Shown here: in pieces, positions 17,559-29,259 of the stretch
Layout of the letters: every line of letters begins with the position of its first letter
Numbering within the stretch: position 1 is the stretch's first letter
Assembly: GCA_035654595.1 (NCBI GenBank)
Contig: DASRWN010000125.1
Coordinates: forward strand, 1 to 36,733
Source: Gallionella sp.
Lineage (GTDB): Bacteria > Pseudomonadota > Gammaproteobacteria > Burkholderiales > Gallionellaceae
Length of the DNA stretch: 36,733 nucleotides
Direction: 5' to 3'
The notes under the pieces: model-generated
What the model was told of the DNA's origin: nothing
What the model saw: only the letters and a program-made list of their open reading frames with translations
Databases searched by the model: none
Translations under genes and position numbers: made by a program

Positions 17559-18557
17559 TCAGGTTGGCGAATTCAATAAGTGATTCATATAATGCGCCAC
17601 GCCCTGCTCTACCGTCAGAAATGGTTCAGCATAACCGGTCTCACGCAAGGCGCTCAGATCAGCTTGGGTGTAGCTTTGATATTTGCCGTGCAACTGTTCG
17701 GGAAAGGGGATATAGCTGATCAGCCCCTGCTTTTGCAGCTCGGCAAGCGTTAATGCCGGTTTGTTCTCGGCACCGCGCAATGCATTAATGGTTGCCGCTG
17801 CCATCGCGTTGAAGCTTTGCGCTTGCCCGGTACCCAGATTGAAAATGCCCGACTGTTCCGGGTTGTCGAGAAAATACATATTCACCTTGACCACATCTTC
17901 TATCGAAACAAAATCGCGCAATTGCTCGCCGTCGGCATAACCGCTGCTACCTTCGAACAGCTTCACCCTGCCCTGATCACGATATTGATTGAAAAAATGA
18001 TAAGCAACCGATGCCATGCGCCCCTTGTGCGCTTCACGCGCGCCGTATACGTTGAAGTAGCGCAGACCGACGATCTGGGCACTGCGCTTATGCCAGCGCC
18101 GCCGCACGATTTGATCAAACAAGAGTTTTGAATAAGCGTAGACATTCAACGGCGCTTCGCATTCGGGGCTTTCCTTGAACACACTGCTGCCGCCATACAC
18201 GGCGGCGGATGAGGCATACAAAAACGGTATTTCTTCGCCCTGACAATAATTGAACAGTTCCAATGTGAATTGGTAATTGTTCTCCATCATGTAACGACCA
18301 TCTGTTTCCATGGTGTCAGAACACGCCCCTTGATGCAGCACCGCACTAATCAATCCGTCGAAAAAACCCTCCTGGAGTTTCCTCAGGAAGTCGGCCTGAT
18401 CGAGATAATCTGCGATTTCACAGTCGGCCAGATTTCTGAATTTATCGGCCTGCTTGAGATTATCTACCGCGATGATATTGCTTTCACCGCGCTGGTTGAG
18501 CGCTTTGACCAAGTTCGAGCCGATAAAACCGGCAGCTCCGGTGATGATGTAGTACAT
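17559..18557 (-). CDS. rfaD: ADP-L-glycero-D-manno-heptose 6-epimerase
   Basis: [49 protein letters not shown] and KYQSYTQAD motifs. ATG at 18557. Confidence 0.96.
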   Translation of the reverse strand: MYYIITGAAGFIGSNLVKALNQRGESNIIAVDNLKQADKFRNLADCEIADYLDQADFLRKLQEGFFDGLISAVLHQGACSDTMETDGRYMMENNYQFTLELFNYCQGEEIPFLYASSAAVYGGSSVFKESPECEAPLNVYAYSKLLFDQIVRRRWHKRSAQIVGLRYFNVYGAREAHKGRMASVAYHFFNQYRDQGRVKLFEGSSGYADGEQLRDFVSIEDVVKVNMYFLDNPEQSGIFNLGTGQAQSFNAMAAATINALRGAENKPALTLAELQKQGLISYIPFPEQLHGKYQSYTQADLSALRETGYAEPFLTVEQGVAHYMNHLLNSPT

Positions 18558-18559
18558 AA

Positions 18560-18596
18560 CCCCTCTCCCTAACCCTCCCCCACATGGGGAAGGGAA
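18560..18596. repeat. REP-like short palindromic repeat
   Basis: CCCTCTCCCTAACCCTCCCCCACATGGGGAAGGG: a pyrimidine tract plus a CCCTCCCC..GGGGAAGGG hairpin, filling the rfaE1-rfaD spacer. Confidence 0.6.
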
Positions 18597-18598
18597 TA

Positions 18599-19540
18599 TC
18601 AAATGCCCATATCCTGAATAATCTCTGCGCGGCTTACTACCGCCGTTCCCAATTTCCCCACCACGATACCGGCTGCGCGATTGGCAATACGCATCGCGTC
18701 CGGTATACCGGCTTTACTTGCCAACATTACCGCCAGCGTGGCAATCACCGTATCGCCCGCTCCGCTGACATCGAAAACTGCACGGGTGCACGCAGGTTCG
18801 TGCAGCACTTCGTTGACGCGAAACAGGCTCATGCCATCTTCGCTGCGCGTCACCAGCAAGGCATCCAACTGTAATTCCATGCGTAGCATTTCGGCCTTGC
18901 TATTCAGTTCCGCTTCACTCTTCCAACTGCCCACCACTTCACGAAGCTCGCTGCGGTTTGGCGTCAGCAGTGTAGCGCCGCGATAACGCAGATAATCATC
19001 CCCTTTTGGATCAACCAACACCGGCTTGCCCGCTGCGCGTGCCAAACCGATCATTTCGGCAATATGTGTCAAGCCACCCTTACCATAATCAGACAGAATG
19101 ACCACATCAGCCAGCGGTAATTGCGCACGAAAATCTGCCAGTGCGGCATGCAACACTTCGTGGCTGGGGGATGTTTCAAAATCAATGCGCAACAACTGCT
19201 GATGTCTGGCGATGGCACGTAATTTAATAATGGTGGAAATACTATTATCGCGATGCAGCAGCGCAGTGAGCTTGTCGTATTCTGCCAGTAATTTTTCCAG
19301 GCACGTTCCTGCTTCGTCATTTCCTACCACCGACAACAAAGTACATTGCGCGCCCAGCGCCGCGATATTGCGTGCCACATTGGCTGCGCCACCCGGACGT
19401 TCTTCCACACGCACGACTTTAAGCACCGGCACCGGCGCTTCGGGAGAGATGCGTTCGACTTCGCCGAACCAGTAGCGATCCAGCATCACATCGCCAACCA
19501 CCAATACCTTGGCATTTTCAAAATTGGGTAACGTGTTCAC
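18599..19540 (-). CDS. rfaE1: D-glycero-beta-D-manno-heptose-7-phosphate kinase (stand-alone HldA/RfaE domain I)
   Basis: [36 protein letters not shown] and DVSGAGDTV motifs. GTG start. Confidence 0.95.
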   Translation of the reverse strand: MNTLPNFENAKVLVVGDVMLDRYWFGEVERISPEAPVPVLKVVRVEERPGGAANVARNIAALGAQCTLLSVVGNDEAGTCLEKLLAEYDKLTALLHRDNSISTIIKLRAIARHQQLLRIDFETSPSHEVLHAALADFRAQLPLADVVILSDYGKGGLTHIAEMIGLARAAGKPVLVDPKGDDYLRYRGATLLTPNRSELREVVGSWKSEAELNSKAEMLRMELQLDALLVTRSEDGMSLFRVNEVLHEPACTRAVFDVSGAGDTVIATLAVMLASKAGIPDAMRIANRAAGIVVGKLGTAVVSRAEIIQDMGI

Positions 19541-19564
19541 ACCTGTCCACCTTGCTGGTTCATA

Positions 19565-20260
19565 TCAACCCTCTATTTCCTGATGAATGTCACGCAACGC
19601 CTGCAGCGGATCGGCAGCCTGAGTGACAGGACGACCGATCACCAGATAGTTGGAGCCCGCCTGTAACGCAGCGCGCGGCGTCATGATGCGCGTTTGGTCA
19701 TCCGCGCTGACTTGCACAGGGCGGATACCCGGTGTCACCAGGCAAAAACCCATGCCGCATTTTTTGCGCAACAACGCAGCCTCTTGCGCAGAACAAACCA
19801 CGCCATCCAGACCGCTATCACGTGCCAGGGTAGCCAAGCGTAATACCATCTCGGCGGGCGTGGCGTTGATTCCGATATCGGCGAGATCGTGCTGCCCCAT
19901 GCTGGTCAGCATCGTCACGGCAACCAGCTTGGGGCGCTGCGCACTATGAATAACTGCCTCAGCCGCAGCTTCCAGCATCTTGCGTCCACCCAGTGCGTGT
20001 ACATTGACCATCCAGACGCCCAGACTGGCCGCCACTTTGCAGGCCTGCGCTGTGGTATTGGGAATATCGTGAAATTTCAAATCGAGAAAAACCTCAAAAT
20101 TCCGTTGCATCAATTGCTCCAGCAACTTGGGGCCGCTGGCAGTGAATAATTCCTTGCCTACTTTCAAGCGACAAAGTGACGGTTCCAGCCTATCAACCAG
20201 CGCCAATGCCGGCGTCGCCGAAGCATAATCCAGCGCAACGATTATTTTTGGATCAGCCAT
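19565..20260 (-). CDS. pyrF: Orotidine-5'-phosphate decarboxylase
   Basis: [25 protein letters not shown] and VIGRP motifs. ATG at 20260. Confidence 0.97.
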   Translation of the reverse strand: MADPKIIVALDYASATPALALVDRLEPSLCRLKVGKELFTASGPKLLEQLMQRNFEVFLDLKFHDIPNTTAQACKVAASLGVWMVNVHALGGRKMLEAAAEAVIHSAQRPKLVAVTMLTSMGQHDLADIGINATPAEMVLRLATLARDSGLDGVVCSAQEAALLRKKCGMGFCLVTPGIRPVQVSADDQTRIMTPRAALQAGSNYLVIGRPVTQAADPLQALRDIHQEIEG

Positions 20261-20317
20261 CAAGCACTCCAGCCAATAAGATTGGCATGACACAGTAATG
20301 AATAGTTAAAGGCATGC

Positions 20318-21493
20318 TCATCTTGCGTCTCCGGTCTCCTCACTGCGGCGCGGCGAATAACTGTCCCAAGCCTGACATGCCGGACAATGCCAGTAAAATT
20401 GGCGCGCCTTGAAGCCGCATTGGGCGCAGTGATACATGGCGAGGTTACGGGTGCGTTTATGAATTAAATTTTTTACCAGCTCGATATCTGCGCGCCTATC
20501 GATAGATATTTCCAGCAGGCGTGCTTCGAGCAGTTTGTCCAAGCCAAGCAAACTCGGATTGCGTTCCAGCTCACTGCGCACCAATTGATATGCGGCAGCC
20601 GCGCCCTCATTTTTCAGTACGCCGTCAAATACCACATTCATCAAATCCAGAGAGTGATATTTATTCAAATATTCGCGCAACAAAGCGACTCCTTCCAGCT
20701 CACGGTTCAAGCTGCGAAAAGCTTGCAGCATGCGCTCCGCGACCAGCGGCAAATATTGCGCATCCTGTTTTTCTATGTTTTTCCAGATATCAATGGCATC
20801 CTGATATCGACCCGCAGTTGCTGCCATGTCACCCAGCATCATGCTGGCACGTACTGCATCCGGATCATCCCGCAACGCTTGCTGAACATGCCCGTGTGCC
20901 GCTAACAAATTGCCCTGGGTAATTTCTTCGCTGGCCAATTCGCAATAAAAAAACGCGGCCAGCTGGCTAGTCCGCAGCCCTGTTACCGGGCCTGAGCGCT
21001 GCACAACCTGAATCGCCTTGAGCCAGTCATGCTCCTTTTGGTAAAGCTCCAGCAAAAATTGCAATGCCGGTCTGGCATATTCAGAACCTTCCAGCTCACC
21101 AAATAAACTTTCGGCGCGATCCAGAATGCCGGCTTTAAGGTAATCCTGCGCCAATTCAAAAATCGCATGCTGGCGTTTGGCATCATCCAAGTCAGCTCTA
21201 TCAAGTAAATTATGATGCATACGCAAGGCGCGATCGACCTCTCCTCTGCGGCGGAACAGGCTGCCCAGCGCGAAGTGCAGCTCGACGGTTTGAGGATCGA
21301 CCTTGACTACTTCGATGAAGGCCTCAATAGCCTTGTCCTGCTGTTCATTGAGCAGAAAGTTCAACCCTTGAAAATACGATTGCGGCAGCGCACTTGATTC
21401 AGAGAGTAATTGTTTGATGTCAATGCGGCCAGCCAGCCAGCCCAGGCCAAAGAACAACGGAAAGACCAGCAACATCCAGAACTCAAATTCCAT
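20318..21493 (-). CDS. lapB: Lipopolysaccharide assembly protein B
   Basis: N-terminal TM, YFQGLNFLLNEQQDKAI, TPR repeats and C-terminal CAQCGF..CPAC. Confidence 0.95.
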   Translation of the reverse strand: MEFEFWMLLVFPLFFGLGWLAGRIDIKQLLSESSALPQSYFQGLNFLLNEQQDKAIEAFIEVVKVDPQTVELHFALGSLFRRRGEVDRALRMHHNLLDRADLDDAKRQHAIFELAQDYLKAGILDRAESLFGELEGSEYARPALQFLLELYQKEHDWLKAIQVVQRSGPVTGLRTSQLAAFFYCELASEEITQGNLLAAHGHVQQALRDDPDAVRASMMLGDMAATAGRYQDAIDIWKNIEKQDAQYLPLVAERMLQAFRSLNRELEGVALLREYLNKYHSLDLMNVVFDGVLKNEGAAAAYQLVRSELERNPSLLGLDKLLEARLLEISIDRRADIELVKNLIHKRTRNLAMYHCAQCGFKARQFYWHCPACQAWDSYSPRRSEETGDAR

Positions 21494-21541
21494 GCGTTGC
21501 CTTTAAGCCGGTTTTACAAACATATCGCATGACCGTAGCCG

Positions 21542-21838
21542 TCAAGAAGATTGTATCGGGTTTTGTTGCGTGTCTTCGATACCCGCAAGTTTGTTCTTGA
21601 TGCGGATATCGCGTTTCAAGCGCGCTATTTCGCGACGCTGTTGCAACACATTGACCAGCATCGCCAGCACCCCAATCGCCGCGCCCATAGCAAAAAATAA
21701 CAGCAGCACAATCACGAGTGAGGACTGCCACTCACGGTCAAAGAAATAATGCAGCGTCACCGGCTGGTCATTTTTTAGTGCGAAACCCAGCAATGCCATG
21801 AATACCAGCAAGCGCAATAACCAACTCAAATAACGCAT
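21542..21838 (-). CDS. lapA: Lipopolysaccharide assembly protein A domain protein
   Basis: Two TM helices with the FALKNDQPVTL motif; lies between ihfB and lapB. Confidence 0.85.
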   Translation of the reverse strand: MRYLSWLLRLLVFMALLGFALKNDQPVTLHYFFDREWQSSLVIVLLLFFAMGAAIGVLAMLVNVLQQRREIARLKRDIRIKNKLAGIEDTQQNPIQSS

Positions 21839-21863
21839 AACATCACCTGAAAGTATGCCTCAA

Positions 21864-21998
21864 GACTCCTGTAGCATGCTGCGAGCGCAAATCAGACAAG
21901 GCGAAAATAGCGAAAAACCGGAGCATGTATGTCGCACATGAGGATTTTGAGCCGCTTTTCGACGCAGTATTACCAAGCGCAGCAGTGCCAAAGGTGTG
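21864..21998. mobile_element. Palindromic MITE-like element C (~135 bp)
   Basis: Imperfect TIR ACTCCTGTAGCATGCTGCG versus the reverse complement of the right end, ACACCTTTGGCACTGCTGCG. Internal CAAGGCG..GAGCATGT..ACATGAG..GACGCAG, as in elements A and B. Confidence 0.6.
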
Positions 21999-22013
21999 CT
22001 GTAAAGATAACAT

Positions 22014-22051
22014 AAAAAATGGCGGACATACCTCACGATATGCCGCCATTT
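22014..22051 (-). terminator. Intrinsic terminator after rpsA-ihfB
   Basis: Minus strand AAATGGCGGCATATC-GTGA-GGTATGTCCGCCATTTTTT. Confidence 0.75.
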
Positions 22052-22070
22052 CATTACCTGTTAAATCCAC

Positions 22071-22358
22071 TCAACCGCGCTTTTCACAGACCCGTTCGCG
22101 CAATTCCTTGCCTGCCTTGAAGTGCGGAACATATTTAGCCGGTACTTTTACCTGTGCGCCAGTTTTGGGGTTGCGCCCCTGGCGCGGCGGACGGTAATTT
22201 AATTCGAAACTGCCAAAGCCGCGTATCTCAATACGTCCACCACGTGCCAGAGTGGAAGACAATGCATCCAGAATCACTTTTACGGCAAGCTCGGCATCTT
22301 TAGCGACCAGCTGCGGATGCAGCTCGGCAAGTTTTGCAATCAAATCTGAACGCGTCAT
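22071..22358 (-). CDS. ihfB: Integration host factor beta
   Basis: [38 protein letters not shown]; follows rpsA. Confidence 0.97.
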   Translation of the reverse strand: MTRSDLIAKLAELHPQLVAKDAELAVKVILDALSSTLARGGRIEIRGFGSFELNYRPPRQGRNPKTGAQVKVPAKYVPHFKAGKELRERVCEKRG

Positions 22359-22368
22359 GTTTATAACC

Positions 22369-24099
22369 TCAAGCTTGATCTTCAGTTTTACCGCTGCCCA
22401 TCTTGGCTTTCAGCAGTGCGCCCAGATTAGTCGTACTGGAGTTGGCAGAATTACTTTCCGCCGAGAATTTTTGCATCGCGGCAGATTCTTCGGCCTTGTT
22501 GAGCGCCTTGATCGACAAGTTGATACCGCGATTTTTGCGATCCACGTTGATGATGACCGCCGTGACGGCATCGCCCTCTTTGAGATGGGTGCGAATGTCT
22601 TCAACACGGTCAGGAGAAACTTCGGATGCCTTCAGATAGGCTTCCACATCACCTTCCAACGCAATCACGGCACCCTTGGCATCCAGCGATTTGACCGTAC
22701 CGGTAACCACTGCGCCTTTTTCATTACTGGAAACAAAACCACCGAACGGATCACCTTCCATTTGTTTGATACCCAGTGAGATGCGTTCGCGTTCCACGTC
22801 GATCGCCAATACCAGCGCCTCGACCTCATCGCCTTTCTTGTAGTTGCGCACCACTTCTTCGCCAGGCTGGCTCCATGACAGATCAGACAAATGCACCAAC
22901 CCGTCTATCCCGCCGTCCAGACCGATAAACACGCCGAAGTCAGTGATGGACTTGATTTGCCCCTTCACCTTATCGCCCTTCTTGTGATTGATTTCAAAAT
23001 CGTCCCAAGGGTTGGATTTGCATTGCTTCATGCCCAAAGAAATACGACGACGCTGATCATCGATTTCCAGAATCATTACTTCCACTTCATCGCCCAGTTG
23101 CACCACTTTGGAAGGATGGACATTCTTGTTGGTCCAATCCATTTCAGAAACGTGCACCAGACCTTCGATACCCTGCTCGATTTCCACAAAGGCGCCGTAG
23201 TCAGTCAGGTTGGTTACCTTGCCAAACAAACGTGTGCTTTGCGGATAACGGCGAGCCAAGCCACCCCATGGATCATCGCCCATTTGTTTGATGCCCAGCG
23301 ATACACGATTTTTCTCCTGATCGAACTTGAGGATTTTGGCTTCGACTTCTTCGCCCACGGTCAACACTTCGGAAGGATGCTTCACGCGACGCCATGCCAG
23401 ATCGGTGATGTGCAACAAACCATCGATACCACCTAGGTCAACAAACGCGCCGTAGTCAGTGATGTTTTTAACCACGCCCTTAACAATTGCGCCTTCTTTG
23501 AGGTTTTCCATAACCGCTTCACGATCCGCACCCATGGTCGCTTCCAGCACTGCACGGCGTGAAACGACTACATTGTTGCGTTTGCGGTCAAGCTTGATGA
23601 CCTTGAGTTCCATGGTCTTGTTTTCGTAAGGCGTCGTGTCCTTGACCGGACGAATATCCACCAGAGAACCGGGCAAGAAGGCACGGATGCCATTGACCAT
23701 CGCGGTCAGGCCGCCCTTGACTTTGCCGCTGACAAAACCTTCCACAATCTTGCCTTCTTCCATGGCAATTTCCAGATCGTGCCACGCCGCAAGACGCTTG
23801 GCTTTTTCGCGTGACAGCTTGGTTTCACCATAGCCGTTTTCCAGCGACTCGATTGCAACAGTGACGAAATCGCCTGCCTTTACTTCTATTTCACCTTTGC
23901 TATCGAAGAACTCTTCAATAGCGATCAAACTTTCGGACTTCAGTCCGGCATTGACTACCACCATGTTGTGGTCAATCCGCACGACTTGCGCGGTAATAAG
24001 CTCGCCGGCACGCATTTCCTTGCGCGTCAGGCTTTCTTCAAACATTGCGGCAAAACTATCGGGATTTAATACGGCTGCTGCAGTTGCGGTTGCGTTCAT
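22369..24099 (-). CDS. rpsA: 30S ribosomal protein S1
   Basis: [10 protein letters not shown], six S1 repeats (e.g. [24 protein letters not shown]) and [10 protein letters not shown]. Alternative GTG start at 24108. Confidence 0.97.
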   Translation of the reverse strand: MNATATAAAVLNPDSFAAMFEESLTRKEMRAGELITAQVVRIDHNMVVVNAGLKSESLIAIEEFFDSKGEIEVKAGDFVTVAIESLENGYGETKLSREKAKRLAAWHDLEIAMEEGKIVEGFVSGKVKGGLTAMVNGIRAFLPGSLVDIRPVKDTTPYENKTMELKVIKLDRKRNNVVVSRRAVLEATMGADREAVMENLKEGAIVKGVVKNITDYGAFVDLGGIDGLLHITDLAWRRVKHPSEVLTVGEEVEAKILKFDQEKNRVSLGIKQMGDDPWGGLARRYPQSTRLFGKVTNLTDYGAFVEIEQGIEGLVHVSEMDWTNKNVHPSKVVQLGDEVEVMILEIDDQRRRISLGMKQCKSNPWDDFEINHKKGDKVKGQIKSITDFGVFIGLDGGIDGLVHLSDLSWSQPGEEVVRNYKKGDEVEALVLAIDVERERISLGIKQMEGDPFGGFVSSNEKGAVVTGTVKSLDAKGAVIALEGDVEAYLKASEVSPDRVEDIRTHLKEGDAVTAVIINVDRKNRGINLSIKALNKAEESAAMQKFSAESNSANSSTTNLGALLKAKMGSGKTEDQA

Positions 24100-24178
24100 C
24101 GGATACACCTAAGAAAAATTCTGCGTAAAATTAAACTTCAGCGCAGAGGGCTAGTTAAAATACCCAAATGACGGAGAG

Positions 24179-26143
24179 TCAGGTGGGGCTTGGCTTATCA
24201 GCCGGGTATCTGGTCAGCACTTCCTGTACCACCTGCTCAATGTTCAGAGCGGTGGTATCCAGCAGACTTGCGCCCGGCGCCTGTTGCAGTGGCGCTACGC
24301 TGCGCCTCGCATCCCGCTCATCGCGTGAGCGGATATCCTGCAAAAGGGTCGTTATACTAGCATCCATCCCTTTTTCTTTCAACTGCTTATAGCGCCGCTC
24401 GGCACGAGCTTCGGCGCTGGCCGTCAGAAAAATCTTCAATGTCGCATCCGGAAACACCACCGAAGCCATATCGCGCCCATCTGCCACCAGGCCTGGCGCC
24501 CTGCGGAAAGCATGCTGCTTATTCATCAAAGTGGCGCGTACTCTGGGCAAGGCAGCGACTTTGGAAGCGGCGGCGGCGCATAGTTCATCACGCAGTTCGG
24601 CGCCAACCAGAGCGCCATCCAGCCAAACCTGTTCGCCAACAAAACGCATCTCCACCCGTTCGGCCAGCAATGCCAAACCTGCTTCGTCATCCAGCGCGAT
24701 GCCGCCACGCTGCGCCGCTAGCGCCAGCAAACGATACAGCGCGCCACTATCGAGATAGTGATAACCGAGTTTAGCCGCAACCTGCTGCGCCACCGTGCCC
24801 TTGCCCGATGCCGAAGGGCCATCAATGGCAATCACCGGTACGGCCTGCACCATGTCACGGAAACGCGCGAAATAATCGGGGAAAGTTTTGGCTACGCACT
24901 GCGGATCGTTGATACGTATGCCGCAACCGAATGCGGCCAGTGAGAAACACATCGCCATGCGGTGGTCATCGTAGGTATTGATCGCCGCGTGGCGCAGTTG
25001 CTGCGGCGGAGTGATGCGGATGAAATCGGCGCCCTCTTCCACCGTCGCTCCCACCTTGCGCAATTCAGTCGCCATCGCCGCGATACGATCCGTTTCCTTG
25101 ACACGCCAGCTCGCGATGTTGCGCAAAGTCGTCGTACCGTCTGCAAACAAGGCCACCACGGCCAGCGTCATCGCCGCATCAGGGATATGGTTGCAATCAA
25201 GTTCGATGGCCCTCAACTGACCGCTCTCCGGCGCGCGCGCCTCTATCCAGTTCAGCCCCTTCTCAATCCGCGCACCCATCTGCTGCAAGGCTTCGGCAAA
25301 ATGCACATCGCCCTGCACGCCGGCACTGCCCACACCCTCTACCCGCACTGGCCCGCCGCCGATTGCACCGGCAGCCAGAAAATAGGATGCAGACGAGGCA
25401 TCGCCCTCGACATGGATCACCCCCGGCGACTTATAACGGCTGCCCGCCTTGACTATAAATTCACTTTGTCCTTCACGTAATGCATTCACGCCGAAAAAGT
25501 GTGCCATCATCAGCCGCGTAATTTCGATATAAGGCTTGGAAATCAGCTCGCCCACCACCTTAACCTTCACTGTCTTGTCCGTCAGCGGCAACGCCATCAA
25601 TAGTGCAGTCAGGAATTGACTCGATACATCGCCCTTTATCTTCACCTCTTCTTCTTGGGTGGGAGAAGACTTGGGTGAACCTATATGCAATGGAGGAAAC
25701 CCAGCATTACCCAGATAACGGATATCCGCGCCAAGCTGGTGCAAGGCATCCACCAGGTCGCCTATTGGGCGTTCGTGCATGCGCGGCACACCGGACAATT
25801 CATACTCCCCGCCCATCACTGCCAGCACCGCGGTCAAAGGCCGGAACGCGGTGCCCGCATTACCCAAAAATAGCTTTGCCCGTTTCACCGGAAACGCGCC
25901 GCCACAGCCGGTAACGCGATATGTGTTCTCCCCTTGCGCCTCGATCTGCACACCCAATGTGCGCAAGGCTTCCAGCATGTGCTCGGTGTCATCCGAGCGC
26001 AGCAGGTCATGCACCTCGGTCACCCCATCGGCCAGAGCGGCGAGCAGCAATACCCGATTGGAAATGCTTTTTGAGCCGGGCAGACGCACCGCGCCGTGTG
26101 CAGATAGCAAGGGGGGGACATCAATAAATTCGTGTTGGGTCAT
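24179..26143 (-). CDS. aroA: Bifunctional EPSP synthase / cytidylate kinase (AroA-Cmk fusion)
   Basis: [28 protein letters not shown] and DDHRMAM, followed in frame by [20 protein letters not shown] and DGRDM. Confidence 0.96.
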   Translation of the reverse strand: MTQHEFIDVPPLLSAHGAVRLPGSKSISNRVLLLAALADGVTEVHDLLRSDDTEHMLEALRTLGVQIEAQGENTYRVTGCGGAFPVKRAKLFLGNAGTAFRPLTAVLAVMGGEYELSGVPRMHERPIGDLVDALHQLGADIRYLGNAGFPPLHIGSPKSSPTQEEEVKIKGDVSSQFLTALLMALPLTDKTVKVKVVGELISKPYIEITRLMMAHFFGVNALREGQSEFIVKAGSRYKSPGVIHVEGDASSASYFLAAGAIGGGPVRVEGVGSAGVQGDVHFAEALQQMGARIEKGLNWIEARAPESGQLRAIELDCNHIPDAAMTLAVVALFADGTTTLRNIASWRVKETDRIAAMATELRKVGATVEEGADFIRITPPQQLRHAAINTYDDHRMAMCFSLAAFGCGIRINDPQCVAKTFPDYFARFRDMVQAVPVIAIDGPSASGKGTVAQQVAAKLGYHYLDSGALYRLLALAAQRGGIALDDEAGLALLAERVEMRFVGEQVWLDGALVGAELRDELCAAAASKVAALPRVRATLMNKQHAFRRAPGLVADGRDMASVVFPDATLKIFLTASAEARAERRYKQLKEKGMDASITTLLQDIRSRDERDARRSVAPLQQAPGASLLDTTALNIEQVVQEVLTRYPADKPSPT

Positions 26144-26161
26144 GCTGTAAAAATAAGTGAA

Positions 26162-27034
26162 TTACTGCTGTTTCCAGTTGCTGCGCACCTGGCTTGCCAG
26201 GCGGAAAATTTCATCCAGCTTGGTCTCATCGCTGTTTTCCAGCGCCTGATACAAAACATACAACTCGTCTGCATACTGCTTCAGTTCGCGCAACAAGGCA
26301 TCGCGATTGGCCAGACTGATATCGCGCCACATCTCCGGGCTGCTGGCCGCAATGCGGGTGAAATCACGAAAGCCACTGGCGGCAAAAGACAGCAGCTCAT
26401 CGCGGTTGTCGCGCTGCGCCAGATCATGCACCAACGCAAACGACAACAGATGCGGCAGATGGCTTACTGCGGCGAACACTTCATCATGTTGCTGCGGCGT
26501 CATCTCGCTCACCGTGGCACCGCACAGTTCCCACGCCTCGCGCACGCGCGCCACCGCGACTTTGGAATTTTCCGGCAGCGGGGTCAACGCCACACGCTTG
26601 CCTTGGTAGAGATTGGCCTGCGCGGCGGCGGCGCCGCTCTTTTCCGCACCGGCAATGGGATGGGCCGGCACAAATTGCGCTATTTTCCCGCCCAGATGCG
26701 TGCGTGCCGCAGCCACCACATCGCCCTTGGTGCTGCCGCCATCCATGACCAGCGTCTGCGCGCCCAAGTGAGGCGCGATGTGCGCAAAGATATCCGCCAT
26801 CTGTGCCACAGGCGTGGCGATCAAAACCAGATCGGCATCTGGTATCTCACGCGCCATGTCATCACCGATGCGATCCAGAATGCGAAGTTTTATGGCTTGT
26901 TCAAGCGTGGCTGCACTGCGACCGAAGCCCACTACCTCGTCAACAGCATTCGCCTTACGCAGGGCAAGCGCGAACGAGCCACCGACTAATCCGACACCGA
27001 AAATGACAATTTTTTTAAACTGGGGGTTAGTCAT
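26162..27034 (-). CDS. tyrA: Prephenate/arogenate (cyclohexadienyl) dehydrogenase
   Basis: GVGLVGGS, DGGSTK, HPIAGAE, HD..SHLPH and GFRDFTRIA motifs. Confidence 0.93.
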   Translation of the reverse strand: MTNPQFKKIVIFGVGLVGGSFALALRKANAVDEVVGFGRSAATLEQAIKLRILDRIGDDMAREIPDADLVLIATPVAQMADIFAHIAPHLGAQTLVMDGGSTKGDVVAAARTHLGGKIAQFVPAHPIAGAEKSGAAAAQANLYQGKRVALTPLPENSKVAVARVREAWELCGATVSEMTPQQHDEVFAAVSHLPHLLSFALVHDLAQRDNRDELLSFAASGFRDFTRIAASSPEMWRDISLANRDALLRELKQYADELYVLYQALENSDETKLDEIFRLASQVRSNWKQQ

Positions 27035-27092
27035 AACTTGCTATCTTAACTTTTATGTCACTCCGCGAAATAGATTACAAAGTCCGCCGGGA

Positions 27093-28109
27093 TTAAAGTG
27101 TACGTCCGATCGCCTTGGCAATCCCGCCCAACGTACCCATCAGATTCTTCAATTCCTGCGGAGTCAATGCCTGATCGGCGTCGCACCAGGCCTCGCACGG
27201 ATTCGGATGCATTTCCACCAGCAGACCGTCCGCACCTGCGGCGATGGCGGCCTGCGAGAGCGCCGGCACCATCCACGCCTTGCCTCCTGCATGAGATGGG
27301 TCAACGATCACCGGCAGGTGCGTTTCCTTTTTCAATACCGGAATCGCGGTCACGTCCAGCACGTTGCGATAGTAAGTCTCAAAAGTGCGGATGCCGCGCT
27401 CACAGAAAATGATGTTGTGGTTGCCGCCCGCCGCAATGTATTCCGCCGCCATCAGCCATTCCGAAATGGTGGCCGACATGCCGCGCTTGAGTATCACCGG
27501 CTTGTTGATGCGCCCGACTTCTTTGAGCAGATCAAAATTCTGCATGTTGCGTGTGCCAATCTGGATCACATCCACGTCGTATTCCATGAAGGTATCGAGC
27601 ATACGGATATCCATCAGTTCGGTGACGATGGGCAATTTATACTTGCTTGCCGCAGCGCGGAACATGTCCAATCCCTCCACGCCCTTGCCCTGAAACGTAT
27701 ACGGACTGGTGCGCGGCTTGAACGCACCGCCGCGCATCAAACGGCACCCCGCTTCATGGACAAACTTTGCCGAGAGATCCATTTGCTCCTGGGTTTCCAC
27801 CGAACACGGCCCGCCAATCACTTGTATCTGGTTGCCGCCAAGCCGGATTCCGCCAATGTCGATGACACTATTTTCGCGATGCGATTCGCGCGATACGATT
27901 TTGTATTGCTTGGCGATGTGCATTGCCGATTCCACACCCGGCAGGGGAGTGAACATTTCTTCGGTCAATGGACGCTCATCGCCAATCGCGCCGATTACGG
28001 TGCGCTCGATGCCGCGCGAAATATTGGCTTGCAGCCCGGCATCGTTGAGTTTTTTTACTACGGTAGCGATTTGCGCATCCGTTACATCGCTGTTCATCAC
28101 TATGATCAT
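27093..28109 (-). CDS. aroF: DAHP synthase type I-beta with N-terminal regulatory domain
   Basis: MIIVM N-terminal domain, [40 protein letters not shown] and DPSH motifs. Confidence 0.95.
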   Translation of the reverse strand: MIIVMNSDVTDAQIATVVKKLNDAGLQANISRGIERTVIGAIGDERPLTEEMFTPLPGVESAMHIAKQYKIVSRESHRENSVIDIGGIRLGGNQIQVIGGPCSVETQEQMDLSAKFVHEAGCRLMRGGAFKPRTSPYTFQGKGVEGLDMFRAAASKYKLPIVTELMDIRMLDTFMEYDVDVIQIGTRNMQNFDLLKEVGRINKPVILKRGMSATISEWLMAAEYIAAGGNHNIIFCERGIRTFETYYRNVLDVTAIPVLKKETHLPVIVDPSHAGGKAWMVPALSQAAIAAGADGLLVEMHPNPCEAWCDADQALTPQELKNLMGTLGGIAKAIGRTL

Positions 28110-29209
28110 ACTGCCTCTCCTAAAGCCTGTTGTAATGCTGACAAAAACTTTTCATTCTCTGTTTCCAAACCGATACTCACGCGCAAATAATCAGGCATGG
28201 CGTAGTTGGCAATTGGTCGCACGATCACACCCAGTTCCAGCAAGCGGCGGTAGATGCGCGCCGCATGCGTAATTTTGAAGCTGATGAAGTTGCCGCAAGA
28301 CGGAATGTATTCCAGCCCCAGTTTGAACAGTCCGTCCGTGATCTGTTTCATGCCGCGCTGATTCAATTTGTGGGTCTGCCTGACGAAAGCCTCATCCCGC
28401 AACGCCGCTACGGCAGCGGCTTGCGCTACGCTATTGACATTGAACGGCTGACGCACGCGGTTCATCATATCGGCCACCTGCAGATTCGCCAGTGCGTAAC
28501 CGACACGCAAACCGGCGAGGCCATAGGCCTTGGAAAAGGTGCGCGAGATAATCAGATTAGGGAAATCCCCCAGCCAACTCACGCTGTCGTAACGCTTTTC
28601 TTCCGGCAGATATTCGTTATACGCTTCGTCCAGCACCACCAGAATGTTCACCGGCACTTTGCGCATGAAAGCATGCAGCGCATCTCCGGACAAAAACGTT
28701 CCGGTCGGATTATTCGGGTTGGCAATGAATATCAACTTGGCCTGTTGTTCCACGGCGGTCATGAGCATCGCTTTCAGGTCATGGCCGAAATTGATCGCGG
28801 GCACACTGATGCCCGTCGCCCCTACCGCTTGCGTCGCGAGCGGATAAACCGCAAAAGCATGAGCCGAGTACACCGCCCGGTCGCCGGGCGCAAGAAAAGC
28901 GCGCGCTGCCAGCTCCAGCATATCGTTGGAGCCGTTGCCCAACACGATGCGCGCATGCTCGATGCCATAGCGAAGGGATAACGCCTCCTTCAACTCGAAG
29001 CCGTTGCCATCCGGATACAGCGCAATGGTCTTGATCGCCTCGTGCATCGCGGCCACGGCCAGCGGGCTGCAACCAAGCGGGTTCTCGTTGGAGGCCAATT
29101 TGACGATGCCGCTAATGCCCAGTTCACGCTCAAGCTCGGGGATCGGTTTGCCCGGTTGATAAGGCGCGATGGCACGGATGTAGGCGGGGGCCAATTCAGA
29201 ATAATTCAT
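28106..29209 (-). CDS. hisC: Histidinol-phosphate / aromatic aminotransferase
   Basis: [28 protein letters not shown] and [15 protein letters not shown] motifs. Confidence 0.95.
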   Translation of the reverse strand: MNYSELAPAYIRAIAPYQPGKPIPELERELGISGIVKLASNENPLGCSPLAVAAMHEAIKTIALYPDGNGFELKEALSLRYGIEHARIVLGNGSNDMLELAARAFLAPGDRAVYSAHAFAVYPLATQAVGATGISVPAINFGHDLKAMLMTAVEQQAKLIFIANPNNPTGTFLSGDALHAFMRKVPVNILVVLDEAYNEYLPEEKRYDSVSWLGDFPNLIISRTFSKAYGLAGLRVGYALANLQVADMMNRVRQPFNVNSVAQAAAVAALRDEAFVRQTHKLNQRGMKQITDGLFKLGLEYIPSCGNFISFKITHAARIYRRLLELGVIVRPIANYAMPDYLRVSIGLETENEKFLSALQQALGEAV

Positions 29210-29259
29210 AATCAACAAGTCAAGTCAGGGATTCGATGCAACTTTGCAAGAACGATCGC

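Noticed and set aside
18558-18602. N-terminal extension [15 protein letters not shown] on RfaD
   Set aside because: It is the translation of the REP-like repeat, and the Rossmann motif begins right after ATG 18557. Coupled initiation at 18602 (ATGA overlap) cannot be fully excluded.
21843-22070. 75-aa ORF between ihfB and lapA
   Set aside because: It reads through a terminator and palindromic element C and has no protein-like features.
26132-28981. Long plus-strand ORFs (26132-26989, 26778-28190, 28265-28981)
   Set aside because: Antisense shadows of tyrA, aroF and hisC with no recognisable motifs.
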